Source of the DNA: Nitrospirota bacterium
Lineage (GTDB): Bacteria; Nitrospirota; UBA9217
DNA length: 64,000 nucleotides
Reading direction: 5' to 3'
Assembly: GCA_963790205.1 (NCBI GenBank)
Contig: CAWBNQ010000001.1
Coordinates: 480,001-544,000, forward strand
Shown: in pieces, positions 40,430 to 50,201 of the stretch
How the letters are laid out: every line of letters begins with the position of its first letter
Numbering within the stretch: position 1 is the first letter of the stretch
Made by a program: the position numbers and the translations under genes
Notes under the pieces: generated by a model
Told to the model about the DNA's origin: nothing
The model's input: only the letters and a program-made list of their open reading frames with translations
Databases searched by the model: none

Positions 40430-40984
40430 ATGCCGCCGGCATATGTAAAAACGATCCGCGAAGAGATCCTCTATGAGTATGCCAAGCTGATCTCTCGTTC
40501 GGCTCATGGATCGATCCAGTACGGCTTTGTGACCGATCGTTTCAAGAAGCTGCGGGACGGGCAGGCGACGATCTCGGGCACGATCCGTGAATGGGAGCGG
40601 GAGCAGCAACTGCCGCATCAATGCGTGTTCTGCGGCTCTTCGGAAAATCTTTCCACCGATCACGTGATTCCCCGTAACAGGGGCGGCGACGATTCTGCGG
40701 ATAACCTGGTCCAGTCATGCAAGACCTGCAATTCGTCACGCGGGGACAAAGGCGTGTTCGAGTGGCTGGGGCTCAAGGAGAAAGACAAGCTCCATCGTCT
40801 TGTGGCGGGAAAATATCTGAAGCAGCTCCTGAAAATTCATGAGCAGGAGAAGACGATCGATATCAGCGTGGATCAACTGATGCAATTGTGCGGAAGGTGT
40901 CCGCTGCCGGAAGTTTGTAAGAAATGGAAGAAGGTCGGCGAGCTGACGTGCTTTTGTCTTGAAAGTGTTTTGGTGAAGGGGTAG
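40430..40984 (+). CDS. HNH endonuclease with Cys-rich C-terminus
   Basis: CVFCG...LSTDHVIPR..GG.D...NLV..C..CN. Confidence 0.88.
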   Translation: MPPAYVKTIREEILYEYAKLISRSAHGSIQYGFVTDRFKKLRDGQATISGTIREWEREQQLPHQCVFCGSSENLSTDHVIPRNRGGDDSADNLVQSCKTCNSSRGDKGVFEWLGLKEKDKLHRLVAGKYLKQLLKIHEQEKTIDISVDQLMQLCGRCPLPEVCKKWKKVGELTCFCLESVLVKG

Positions 40985-41982
40985 GGCCGACATGGAGAAG
41001 ATAAAGCATCTCACCTATCAACGTCCCCGAGGCGGTGTTGGAAACAATGTCTCCAAACCCACACTTTCAAAAATGAGACATTAAATGAGCAAACTTGATC
41101 TTACTAAAATTGCAGAAACTGTTTTATCCCAACAGCAGATTGAAAGGAAAATTACAGAGTACAAGGTATTCTATAAGACATACTTGACGACAGTCAAGAA
41201 TCGCGAAGAAGTTCTTAATAAGCTATACCGTCTTTGCACTGATTTTCAAAGAACAAAGCCAACTGGTGCTTTTTCAGTCAAATCCGAGACGGCTGCGTTA
41301 GAGCGAGAGGCGGAAAAAACACTTAAAGAACACTTCAACCCTGCTGTTTTGAAATTCTATCACAAAGAAATACCAATGCCAGATATAAAACGCAAGCTTC
41401 CCGATTTTGATGAATCATTCTGGCCTGCATTACTCAGTTCACTTGCCATCACTTTTGAGAACATGAACGAGCAGTCCAAGCGAGAATGGGCATACAAGAC
41501 AAATTTCCTAATATATCTTTGCAACTGCTTATCTCATCACGGGCTTCATCCTGATATTCTTCGCAGAGATCCACGTAACTATAAGAGATATAATTTTCTT
41601 TTGGAACATTACTTTAAATCTAGAATTAAAATTGCTGAGCAGAAGATACTGTTAAAGCCAATGGATTTACAGCAGGAATTTTTAAACCCTTACGAAAAGA
41701 AACTGCCGATAAAAATTCGTGGCAAATTAATTCCATTTAAGAGTATATATTCCATTAAAATAACTTCCACTCTTTTATTTGACGACGAAATAGAGCTATA
41801 TGCAGCAAAGAATCAATTCACCTGGAATAGTCGGACAAAAGACGAATTAAGTTTTATTCAGTTTTGTCAAGACGAAACGGATAATTTACTCAAGAACCCA
41901 TACTTGCTTGATGATAAAAGCATAGAAAAGTTCCGAAATAATAATGCATATTTCGTTCACCCGAGAAGAATTAAAGAGCTCC

Positions 41983-43358
41983 CACACCCGTCCAAGATAG
42001 GATTTGAGTAATTGCAGGGGAAGCCTCAATCGGATAAAGTAGGTTTGTCGAGGACCTAAATTTACCGATGGAGGACATCCCCGTGAACAAGTGTAGCAGT
42101 ATCTTCGGTCAGATTCTACAGATATTTTCGCATCAGGATTTTGTCAGGGCTGTACGAGAAACACGGGCTGAAAAAGGGGTAAAGGGATTCAGTTGCTGGG
42201 GCCAGTTTGTGGCGATGGTGTTCTGTCAGTTGGGACAAGCCCACTCGCTGCGAGAGATATGCGGCGGATTAGCGACGTGCCTGGGCAAACTCAAACACCT
42301 TGGAATTGACGCAGCACCCAAACGCTCCACCTTGGCCTATGCCAACGAACATCGGCCTTGGCAATTGTACCAGAAGGTTTTTTATCAGCTGTTGGCAAAA
42401 TGCCGGGTTCTCGCACGAGGGAAGAAGCCGTTTCGGTTCAAGAACAAGCTGTTCAGCCTCGATGCCACCCTGATTGAGCTTTGCGTCACCTTGTTTGACT
42501 GGGCAAAGTACCGCCAAACGAAAGGAGCAATCAAGCTTCACCTGTTATTGGACCACGACGGATATCTTCCGGTCTTCTGCAGTATGACCGAGGGGAACGT
42601 GCACGAAGTAAACATCGCGCATACGCTGAAGTTCCCCAAAGGCTCTATTCTGGCAATCGACCGGGGATATGTGGATTATGAACAGTTCGCACGGTGGACG
42701 GAGGCCGGCATCTTCTTCGTAACGGGAGAAAAAGACAATGCCGCTTTCAGGGTGATCGAAACAAGACCGGTTCCTGAAAACCGGAATATCATCAAAGACC
42801 AGCTCATTGAACTGACGGGCTACGAATCAATCAAGAAGTGCCCGCATACCTTGCGACGGGTAGAGGTATGGGACGAAGAAAATGAGCGAACGATTGTTCT
42901 CTGGACGAACCACCTCGCCTTCGGCGCGACGACCATAGCCAGCATTTACAAGGACCGCTGGCAGATCGAGATATTTTTCAAGACGATCAAGCAGAATCTG
43001 AAGATCAAGACGTTCGTGGGAACGAGCCAGAATGCCTTGCTGACACAGATTTGGACAGCATTAATTGCCATCCTGGTATTGAAGTGCCTGAAGTTCCGGT
43101 CAACGCTCGGGTGGTCGCTGTCGAACCTGGTTGCCATGCTTCGTTATAATCTCTTCACTTACAGAGATTTATGGATGTGGCTGGATAATCCGTTTGAAAC
43201 GCCGCCGATCGTGCCGTCTGCGGAGCAATTGGTAATGAGATATCGGTAATTGGACAGCAGAATGAGGAACCTGAATCTATGAAAAGGGATTTACCTGTCT
43301 AAAAACCTTGATTGGCAAGGGTGGGCGTTAGGGAATCAGACTATCTTGGACAGCAGTG
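41983..43358 (+). mobile_element. IS4-family insertion sequence
   Basis: IRs CACACCCGTCCAAGATAG / CTATCTTGGACAGCAGTG and a 9-bp TSD AAGAGCTCC. Confidence 0.92.
42068..43249 (+). CDS. IS4-family transposase (DUF4372 + DDE)
   Basis: SLREI, LDAT.I, IDRGY.DY and Y..RWQIE.FFK.IKQ. Confidence 0.93.
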   Translation: MEDIPVNKCSSIFGQILQIFSHQDFVRAVRETRAEKGVKGFSCWGQFVAMVFCQLGQAHSLREICGGLATCLGKLKHLGIDAAPKRSTLAYANEHRPWQLYQKVFYQLLAKCRVLARGKKPFRFKNKLFSLDATLIELCVTLFDWAKYRQTKGAIKLHLLLDHDGYLPVFCSMTEGNVHEVNIAHTLKFPKGSILAIDRGYVDYEQFARWTEAGIFFVTGEKDNAAFRVIETRPVPENRNIIKDQLIELTGYESIKKCPHTLRRVEVWDEENERTIVLWTNHLAFGATTIASIYKDRWQIEIFFKTIKQNLKIKTFVGTSQNALLTQIWTALIAILVLKCLKFRSTLGWSLSNLVAMLRYNLFTYRDLWMWLDNPFETPPIVPSAEQLVMRYR

Positions 43359-43867
43359 AAGAGCTCCAAAAAATCAAAAGCAAAATATTTGACTTGTCAA
43401 AACTGATTCAACTTTGCAATGAACTTAACAATGCTTCCGCTTCGAATAATCTTTACAGTGCCTCTATTCTTGTGAGGGCAATAATCGACCATGTTCCACC
43501 CATTTTTGGACTAAATAGCTTTTCACAACTTGCCAACAACTATTCCAGCGGGACAAAAAGTTTTAAAAAATCAATGCAAATTCTTAACAACTCTTTAAGA
43601 AATATTGCTGACGACCATATTCATTCGCAGGCAAGAAGTAAAGAGGTCTTGCCAACAACAACACAGATTGATTTTACACCTGAGCTTGATTTATTGTTAA
43701 GTGAAGTCATTAGGCAGCTTAAATAAAAGGCTGAGGATTACCTGAATTTAATGACGTAAAATGTAAAATAGTTGCAGGTTTATTGTTCTTTACTAGCTGT
43801 CAGTGTTTTTGGTATGATGATGTTGATTGTAATCAATAATGGACCAACCCTGAGGGTGTAATTATAG

Positions 43868-44849
43868 ATGTCAGTAAATAAGAAATACATTAAAATCAAA
43901 AAAGATATTCCACTCGTTGCAGAAGAGGAAGCTGTTTACCTGGCCCGCGTTGATGGGACATTGCAGGATGTAAAATTACGCCCTAAGTTAATTGATCTTT
44001 TTGCTGGTGCTGGCGGCATGACTCTCGGATTCACTAAGTTGACAGGTCACAGTTTCGAACCTGTATGGGCAAATGATTTTAATGATTATGCGACACAAAC
44101 TTACAATGCTAACTTCGGCGATCATTGTACTGTGGGCGATATAGTTGATATCCTCGAAAATCCCAAAAGCCGACGTAGTGATCGGTGGCCCACCATGTCA
44201 GGGGTTCAGCCTTCTCAACAAAAACCGTGAGGACGACCCTCGTAAACAGCTATGGCGCCCTTTTATGGATATCGTCGAACGGTCAGGTGCTTCCGTCTTC
44301 GTAATGGAAAACGTTCCGCAGCTTCTTGATTCATTCGAACATGGTGAAATAATCGGAATTGCTGAAGCGTTGGGTTTCAAAGTGCGCTGGACAAAGTTAT
44401 GTGCCGCTGATTACGGTGTCCCGCAAGTCAGGTGGCGTGCTTTCATCATAGGGTGCAAATTTGCAGATCCCGGAGAAGTGTTCCCGCCCAAGAAAACTAA
44501 CTTTAATATCAATAACGGGCATCGAAAAGCTTTTACAGAAGAATTTGATGTATATGTCACCAATCCTTCGCCGTGGAGAACCGTCCGCGATGCAATAGCC
44601 GATTTGCCGCCACCGCTTGAAACGGAAATCCGCAATGTCCCGCCTCCGCTGGATCTCCACTTCGGTCGCACGCCTACATCAATGAGCATGAAGAGATATC
44701 GGGCGATACCGAAAGAAGGGATGAATAGATTTGACCTCCAGAAGAAAGCGCCTCATTTGACGCCTGCATGTTGGATACGCAAAACATCCGGCGGTACCGA
44801 CCTCTTCGGAAGATTATGGTGGGATAGGCCAGCCTTTACTGAATGTTAG
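43868..44849 (+). pseudogene. C5 DNA cytosine methyltransferase, frameshifted and 3'-truncated
   Basis: IDLFAGAGG in one frame; GGPPCQGFS, MENV and Q.R.R in another from about 44165. Ends at WWDRPAFT without motifs IX-X. Confidence 0.85.
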
Positions 44850-44891
44850 ATAGCACTGGTGCTGATGGCTTATATACGGGAGAAAATAGCG

Positions 44892-45092
44892 ATGAAGAAA
44901 AAAACTGCAACATTGTCATTGAACTCCGGACTGTCTGTCGAGATACCATTGGCCGTTGATGGCAGTAGAGAAGTCGCTCTGCTTTATATTGACAATGTTC
45001 CATATCATTTCGAGCGGCTTAAGAAGACCGACTTTGTGCGGCAATATCATGTTGATGCCGACCCAAGTTTTAAACCTTCAAGTGATTCAAAA
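44892..45092 (+). pseudogene. Hypothetical gene 5' fragment running into the IS1595 end
   Basis: GGGAG RBS, MKKKTATLSL...; the stop codon is supplied by the IS. Confidence 0.5.
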
Positions 45093-45105
45093 GGGAATTA
45101 TATAG

Positions 45106-45222
45106 TTAACTCCCTGTAGATTTTTTGCGGCGCTTTTTCAGCTTCTTTTTTGTGATCGGCTTAGGACGATATGACAGAACGACATCAACAATTTTATCGA
45201 GGATCGGCGGCACCTTTTTCAT
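45106..45222 (-). CDS. 38-aa basic peptide coupled to the IS1595 transposase
   Basis: ATGA overlap with the transposase stop; MKKVPPILDKIVDVVLSYRPKPITKKKLKKRRKKSTGS; stop lies inside the IR. Confidence 0.55.
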   Translation of the reverse strand: MKKVPPILDKIVDVVLSYRPKPITKKKLKKRRKKSTGS

Positions 45223-46139
45223 TTGGTCAACTCCGCATAGGTGATCCGTTTTTTCGCAGTCGCAGCGATAAAGCTGTTGAGACGATCAAGCGTGTGTATT
45301 TTTACATCGCCGTCATTCAGGCGAAACGAAAACTCGTTGACGTAGCGGGCCAGGTGCTTTGTGCTCACCTGATGATACACGCCATACACGCCGCGCTTGA
45401 GAACAGCCCAAACGCTCTCAATGCTATTGGTATTAACGCCGTCGCGGGAGTATTCCCCGGCACTGTGGTTCACGGTGTCGTGTTTGAAAAACAATCCTTC
45501 AAGCCCATCATAAGCGCGAGCTTCATCGGTGTGCAATATGGTCCCCTCTTTAACCCGGTCGTAAATCGTATTATGCAAATTCTCGGCATTGACATCATCG
45601 ACGGGCATAGCCACAGTGCGCCCGCCGCGCTGTCTCAGACCGAGCACGGCGCTCTTGCCAACAGCACCGCGCCCAGCCTTGAGTTTTTTTCTCTCGTGCT
45701 TATTCCCCTCTTTGCCGCCGATGTACGTTTCATCGACTTCAACGATACCGCTCAGAATCGTGAGGTCATCCCCGCACGCTTCGCGGAGACGATGCAGGAC
45801 AAACCACGCGGATTTCTGCGTAATACCGATTTCTTTGGAGAGTTGCAGGGACGAAATCCCCTTGCGGGCGGTAACGAGCAGATACATGGCGTACAGCCAT
45901 TTATGCAGAGGGACATGCGAGCGCTCGAATATCGTTCCAGTGCGGACGGTAAAATCCTCGCGGCACTGGTTGCAGCGATAGTACCCGTTTTTACGCGCCG
46001 TAACATGCTCAGCCATGCCGCAATGCGGGCAGCGGACACCATTCGGCCACAGGCGCGATTCGAGGTATTTGCGGGCGCTTTCCTTATCGGGGAACATCTG
46101 AAACAACTGAAACGTGCTGATGGTGATATTGTCACTCAT
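45219..46139 (-). CDS. IS1595-family (ISXO2-like) DDE transposase
   Basis: CPHCG/C..C zinc ribbon, GISSLQL, VEVDETYIGG, TDE, TNSIESVW.. and Y.NEF.FR.N. Confidence 0.93.
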   Translation of the reverse strand: MSDNITISTFQLFQMFPDKESARKYLESRLWPNGVRCPHCGMAEHVTARKNGYYRCNQCREDFTVRTGTIFERSHVPLHKWLYAMYLLVTARKGISSLQLSKEIGITQKSAWFVLHRLREACGDDLTILSGIVEVDETYIGGKEGNKHERKKLKAGRGAVGKSAVLGLRQRGGRTVAMPVDDVNAENLHNTIYDRVKEGTILHTDEARAYDGLEGLFFKHDTVNHSAGEYSRDGVNTNSIESVWAVLKRGVYGVYHQVSTKHLARYVNEFSFRLNDGDVKIHTLDRLNSFIAATAKKRITYAELTK

Positions 46140-46524
46140 TGGATTTCTCCGTTTTACGAGGACGGCCACCGAGCCGCCCATTCTCCGCAGATGAGCGTGA
46201 TTTTTTCGGAGAGGTTGACGAACCGCCGCGTTTCCCGATCTCTGACATATACTGCCGACCTGCGAGGGTTTTCATTGCCTGTTGAACATTCTGCCCGTCG
46301 AACCCGGCGCGATACCCGAGGCCGCGCATTTTGCGGGATATATCCTCATCCGTATGCAGGGACAGCCAGAGTTTATGTTCCGCAGCGGTTCCAAATTTTT
46401 CGCCGTGATAGTTCCGACGTATACCGCGCTGATAGCCCGTCCAAAATTCCTGTTCATCGGGATCAGAGGAGAGACGGCGGAACGTGTCCGCCGCCGTCAT
46501 ATTCGATTGAAATCCGGCGCTCAT
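46132..46524 (-). CDS. Passenger hypothetical protein with C-terminal IGKRGG...ENGRLGGRP motif
   Basis: Overlaps both neighbours; basic AT-hook-like tail. Confidence 0.7.
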   Translation of the reverse strand: MSAGFQSNMTAADTFRRLSSDPDEQEFWTGYQRGIRRNYHGEKFGTAAEHKLWLSLHTDEDISRKMRGLGYRAGFDGQNVQQAMKTLAGRQYMSEIGKRGGSSTSPKKSRSSAENGRLGGRPRKTEKSNE

Positions 46525-46862
46525 TACAGCACCTCCGAAATAGCAGCGCGGTCAAACGTCGGGCCATAGGATCCGATCCCGCCGATAACGTTGCGGGCAT
46601 GGGGGCGATGGGTGTCATGAGATGTCGCAACGGTGCGAGTATTTTCCCAGAACCATTCGCGGAACAGCAGGTTTCCATTTTCATCGGTAATGTCATCCAG
46701 TGTTCTAACCTGTTCGACCAGCTCAAACGTATAGCCATAGGAATTTCCACCGCTGACATCAACCAATTTATAGCGCCTATTCCCATTGTCGATCATCGTA
46801 TTTGCAATGATCATTTTTACCTGGGGAATCGTGAACATCTCCATGCTGTCATAATTTCTCAT
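46524..46862 (-). CDS. Passenger hypothetical protein
   Basis: GGAG RBS; TAATG coupling to the next gene. Confidence 0.65.
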   Translation of the reverse strand: MRNYDSMEMFTIPQVKMIIANTMIDNGNRRYKLVDVSGGNSYGYTFELVEQVRTLDDITDENGNLLFREWFWENTRTVATSHDTHRPHARNVIGGIGSYGPTFDRAAISEVL

Positions 46863-46910
46863 TTGCCGTCTCCGCTCTCCGCGTGTAGGATGCGCGGCCC
46901 CCGAGAAAAT

Positions 46911-47210
46911 TTAGTTGCTCATCCTGTCGTAGCAGTCCGGGCAGGAGTTGCCCATGCTGGCCGACATTACCAAACCCTGCGGAACGCTATGTCCGCAGGA
47001 GCATTTAATCATGGGAATTTCAACGGCAGCGGCAACCACCGGGACAGCCTGAGTGTGTTTGAACGCAGTACGAATGGCCTGATAGGCATCCCATTCTCCG
47101 GGAGCAGGGCTGTAGTATTCCGCAGCATAGGGGTGAACCTCGGTCGCCGCCTGCTCCGCCGTCATAGTTCCGTTTTGTACGTTTTTGATGAGTTCATTGA
47201 TTACTATCAT
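46911..47210 (-). CDS. Passenger hypothetical protein with C-terminal CxCGH...CPDC zinc-finger-like motif
   Basis: GGAGGAG RBS; first gene after a consensus promoter. Confidence 0.7.
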   Translation of the reverse strand: MIVINELIKNVQNGTMTAEQAATEVHPYAAEYYSPAPGEWDAYQAIRTAFKHTQAVPVVAAAVEIPMIKCSCGHSVPQGLVMSASMGNSCPDCYDRMSN

Positions 47211-47257
47211 ATTCTCCTCCTGTGCGGGTTGGCCGCTGTTTCGTTCTATCTGAAACA

Positions 47258-47286
47258 ATTATACCAAACCCGGTTAGGTTTGTCAA
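47258..47286 (-). promoter_or_regulatory. Perfect sigma70 promoter inside IS1595
   Basis: Minus strand TTGACA-AACCTAACCGGGTTTGG-TATAAT (17-nt spacer). Confidence 0.85.
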
Positions 47287-47572
47287 GGGAAAAATGAAAA
47301 TATTTTCAGTCGTAAAATCAGCTATTTAGGAGCGTAGGGAGTGAAGTATATAATTCCCAAAAATAATATCGTTTGCGAATACGAAAGGTGAAACGGTCAG
47401 GAAAAATGTCGGGGGGTCCATTCTGCACATCTTCAATCATCAAACCCATCACAGGGGCATGATCTCTCTTTATCTGGATATGATGGGGATCAACAATGAT
47501 TTTAGCGGCCTGTTAGCGATGGTTTAAAATAGCGTCGGTAACGACCCTTTCAAATTCCAAGGAGGATAAATT

Positions 47573-48052
47573 ATGGATCCCGTTGTTCACTTCGAGATGC
47601 CGTACGACGATCGGGAGCGCATGGCGAAGTTCTATAGATCGGCCTTCGGCTGGAAGACGCAAATGCTCGGCGAGGAGATGGGTAATTATGTGACTGCAGC
47701 AACCACGGAAACCGGCGAGAAGGGCCCCAAAAAGCCCGGAAGGATCAACGGCGGCTTTTACCCCAGAAAACCCGATTGGCCCGCCCAATATCCGTCCGTC
47801 GTTATCGCAGTCGACGATATAAAGAGATCAATGAAGAAAGTGAACGACGCGGGGGGTAAAGTGTTGGGCGAGCCCATGGAGATTCCCAGCGTGGGCCACT
47901 ATGTATCGTTCATCGACCCCGAGGGCAACCGCGTGAGCATGCTTCAGCCCATTCCCTACAACTGGCATGCGCCGAAGAAACGAAAAGCGGCCAAGCTCAA
48001 ATCCAGGGCGAAGGTCAAACCAAAGGCGCGATCGAGGCGAAAGGCCGACTAA
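47573..48052 (+). CDS. VOC/glyoxalase family protein
   Basis: VVHFEMP.DD.ER...FY..AFGW, INGG and F.DPEGN. Confidence 0.9.
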   Translation: MDPVVHFEMPYDDRERMAKFYRSAFGWKTQMLGEEMGNYVTAATTETGEKGPKKPGRINGGFYPRKPDWPAQYPSVVIAVDDIKRSMKKVNDAGGKVLGEPMEIPSVGHYVSFIDPEGNRVSMLQPIPYNWHAPKKRKAAKLKSRAKVKPKARSRRKAD

Positions 48053-48078
48053 TCGTTCCAGGCCGATCAGGAGCTACC

Positions 48079-48828
48079 ATGAAACTATCAGGCAGAACCG
48101 TTCTCGTGACCGGAGGGAGCAGCGGTATCGGCCTCGGCATTGCCGAGGCGTTTCACAAGCGGGGAAGCAGGGTCATCGTCTGCGGACGCGACAGGGGAAG
48201 GCTGTCGGCAATGGAAGAAAAGTTCCCCGGGATCACGGCACTGCCCTGCGATGTCGGGGACGGCCTGCAAAGGAAGAATCTCGCAACGGAAGTCATGCGC
48301 CGTTTCCCCGACCTCGACATCCTGGTCAACAACGCGGGCATCCAGCGATATGTCGATCTGAAGAAAGGGTATGAAGAACTGAAGTCAGGGGGAGACGAGA
48401 TCGCGATCAATTTCGTTTCCGTGGTGGAGCTGACGGCCCTCTTCATCGGCCACCTGATGAAAAGGCCTTCGGCCGCAATCATCAATGTGAGCTCGGGGCT
48501 CGGGTTCATGCCGATGCAGAGCACGCCCATCTACAGCGCGACAAAGGCCGCTATCCACACCTACACCCTCGTTTTGCGGCAGCAGCTCAGGGACACCTCC
48601 GTCAAGGTCATCGAAATCGTTCCGATCATGGTCGACACCGGCCTGAACAGGGAGGGACGCGACGCTGCCCATCTCAAGTACCGAGGGGTCAGACTCTCGG
48701 AATACATCCCGACCGTCATCAGCGGACTGGAAAACGATGACGAGATGATATTCCATGAAGATGGAGCGAAAGTACTTTCCGAACCGCGCGCTGTGTCGGA
48801 GAACCGTCTGCTGAAGTCGGCCTGGTGA
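48079..48828 (+). CDS. Short-chain dehydrogenase/reductase (DltE-like)
   Basis: TGGSSGIG, NNAG, NVSSGL and YSATK. Confidence 0.92.
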   Translation: MKLSGRTVLVTGGSSGIGLGIAEAFHKRGSRVIVCGRDRGRLSAMEEKFPGITALPCDVGDGLQRKNLATEVMRRFPDLDILVNNAGIQRYVDLKKGYEELKSGGDEIAINFVSVVELTALFIGHLMKRPSAAIINVSSGLGFMPMQSTPIYSATKAAIHTYTLVLRQQLRDTSVKVIEIVPIMVDTGLNREGRDAAHLKYRGVRLSEYIPTVISGLENDDEMIFHEDGAKVLSEPRAVSENRLLKSAW

Positions 48829-48850
48829 ACTCCCAGACCCGGAGGAATGT

Positions 48851-49492
48851 ATGAACAAGAGCCCGAAGAGAGATCTTAAACCCATCGCACTTCCTGAACC
48901 GGTCTTTGACCGCTGCCTGACTGTCTTCGAAGCACTGAAGCACAGAAGGACTTCCCGCGCCATCGGCGGGCAGAAGATCTCTTTGCAGATTCTGTCGGAC
49001 ATCCTCTGGGCGGCACAGGGCATCAACCGCGTGAAGGGACCTTTCGGAGGCCCGGGAAGGACTGCGGGATCGGCCAGCAATTCACAGGAGATCTGCATCT
49101 ATGTCGCCATGGAGGAAGGGACGTATCTGTATGAACCGGAGTCTCTTCGGCTTGCTCCGGTTGCCTCCGGGGACAGCCGCGCTCTGGCGATCGGGCAGGG
49201 GCAGGGAAAGGCCGGGGCAAACGCTCCCGTCCGCCTCGTCTACGTCGTCGATATCGACAAATTCAAGACAGCGGGTTTCGACGAGCCGGGGCTCCACGAT
49301 CCGGAGGTCCAGAAGTCATACTACTTCGTCGACACCGGCCTCATCGCGCAGAACGTGTATCTTGCGTCTGCTGCGCTCGGACTGGCTTCGTGGTTTCACA
49401 ATTGCGACAAGGCTGCATTCGCGAAAGAGATCAAGCTGAAACCCAATCAGCGCCCGCTTTTCGGACAGACGATCGGGTATGCCGAGGACTAG
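48851..49492 (+). CDS. Nitroreductase/SagB-like family protein
   Basis: AL..RRT.R, LS.ILWAA.GINR, RTA.SA.N.QE and DTG.IAQNVYL. Confidence 0.88.
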   Translation: MNKSPKRDLKPIALPEPVFDRCLTVFEALKHRRTSRAIGGQKISLQILSDILWAAQGINRVKGPFGGPGRTAGSASNSQEICIYVAMEEGTYLYEPESLRLAPVASGDSRALAIGQGQGKAGANAPVRLVYVVDIDKFKTAGFDEPGLHDPEVQKSYYFVDTGLIAQNVYLASAALGLASWFHNCDKAAFAKEIKLKPNQRPLFGQTIGYAED

Positions 49493-49712
49493 ATTTCCCG
49501 CATTTGACATCGTCCTGAATTAGGCTATATTCGGAAGAAATGAGGCCGGCTGAGCGTTCGGACAGATTCACATTCGGAAACTATATGACGCAAATAGTAC
49601 AGTTGATAATTCTCACAGCTACACCGATTTTACTGATGCTTTGCGAAATCACGAAGCAGCATCCCAACTGCGCTATAATAAAACCATCCCAAACAACAAG
49701 GAGGCATTGGCC

Positions 49713-50117
49713 ATGACAAAAGCGAAAAGAGTAAAACAGCTCAGTTTCATGATGCCGGACAGGGCGGGCCTGCTTTCGGAGGTTACGACCGTTCTCGGGG
49801 CCTCGAGGGTCAATATCAACGCGATCTGCGCCTACGGCATGCAGAACGAGGCGACGTTCATGCTGACCGCGGACAGCATTGCAAAGGCGAAAAAGGCGCT
49901 TGCGCCGCTGGGTGTCGTCGAGCTCAAGGAGGAAGATGTATTTGCGGTGGAAATGACGAACAAGCCCGGAGAATTGCAGAAGGTGGCAAAAAAGATCGCG
50001 GACGCGGGGATCAATATCATATATATGTATGGGACCACGACCGCGGGCAGGTCGGCGACCTGTGTCTTCGCAACCTCGGATGACGCACAGGCGATCAAGC
50101 TGATCAACAAAAAATAA
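49713..50117 (+). CDS. Tandem ACT domain protein
   Basis: PDRAGLL and NKPGEL..VA.KIADAGINI..MY. Confidence 0.88.
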   Translation: MTKAKRVKQLSFMMPDRAGLLSEVTTVLGASRVNINAICAYGMQNEATFMLTADSIAKAKKALAPLGVVELKEEDVFAVEMTNKPGELQKVAKKIADAGINIIYMYGTTTAGRSATCVFATSDDAQAIKLINKK

Positions 50118-50201
50118 ATCCCAAAGGGATTTGTCTTGACAATGCAACATTGTGCCTTTATAGTTTTTTGAGACTATACCACCGCGTGAGGAGAAAACCG
50201 T

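Larger units (their letters stand above)
41085..43726 (+). pseudogene. AT-rich 418-aa gene interrupted by IS4 (possible defence protein)
   Basis: Removing the IS and one AAGAGCTCC copy fuses ...HPRRIKEL to QKIKSKIFDLSKL... in frame. Confidence 0.85.
45093..47358 (-). mobile_element. IS1595-family element carrying passenger genes
   Basis: 22-bp IRs GGGAATTATATAGTTAACTCCC / GGGAGTGAAGTATATAATTCCC (2 mismatches) enclose the transposase and four extra ORFs. No clear TSD. Confidence 0.85.

Noticed and set aside
45171..47297. 708-aa plus-strand ORF spanning almost the whole IS1595 element
   Set aside because: It is antisense to four genes with RBSs and a consensus promoter. Three of them share its codon register, which favours a stop-free shadow frame, and it has no recognisable motifs.
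47359..47395. KIISFANTKG peptide resembling a ParA N-terminus after the IS1595 end
   Set aside because: Too short, the Walker A motif is not completed, and there is no continuing ORF.
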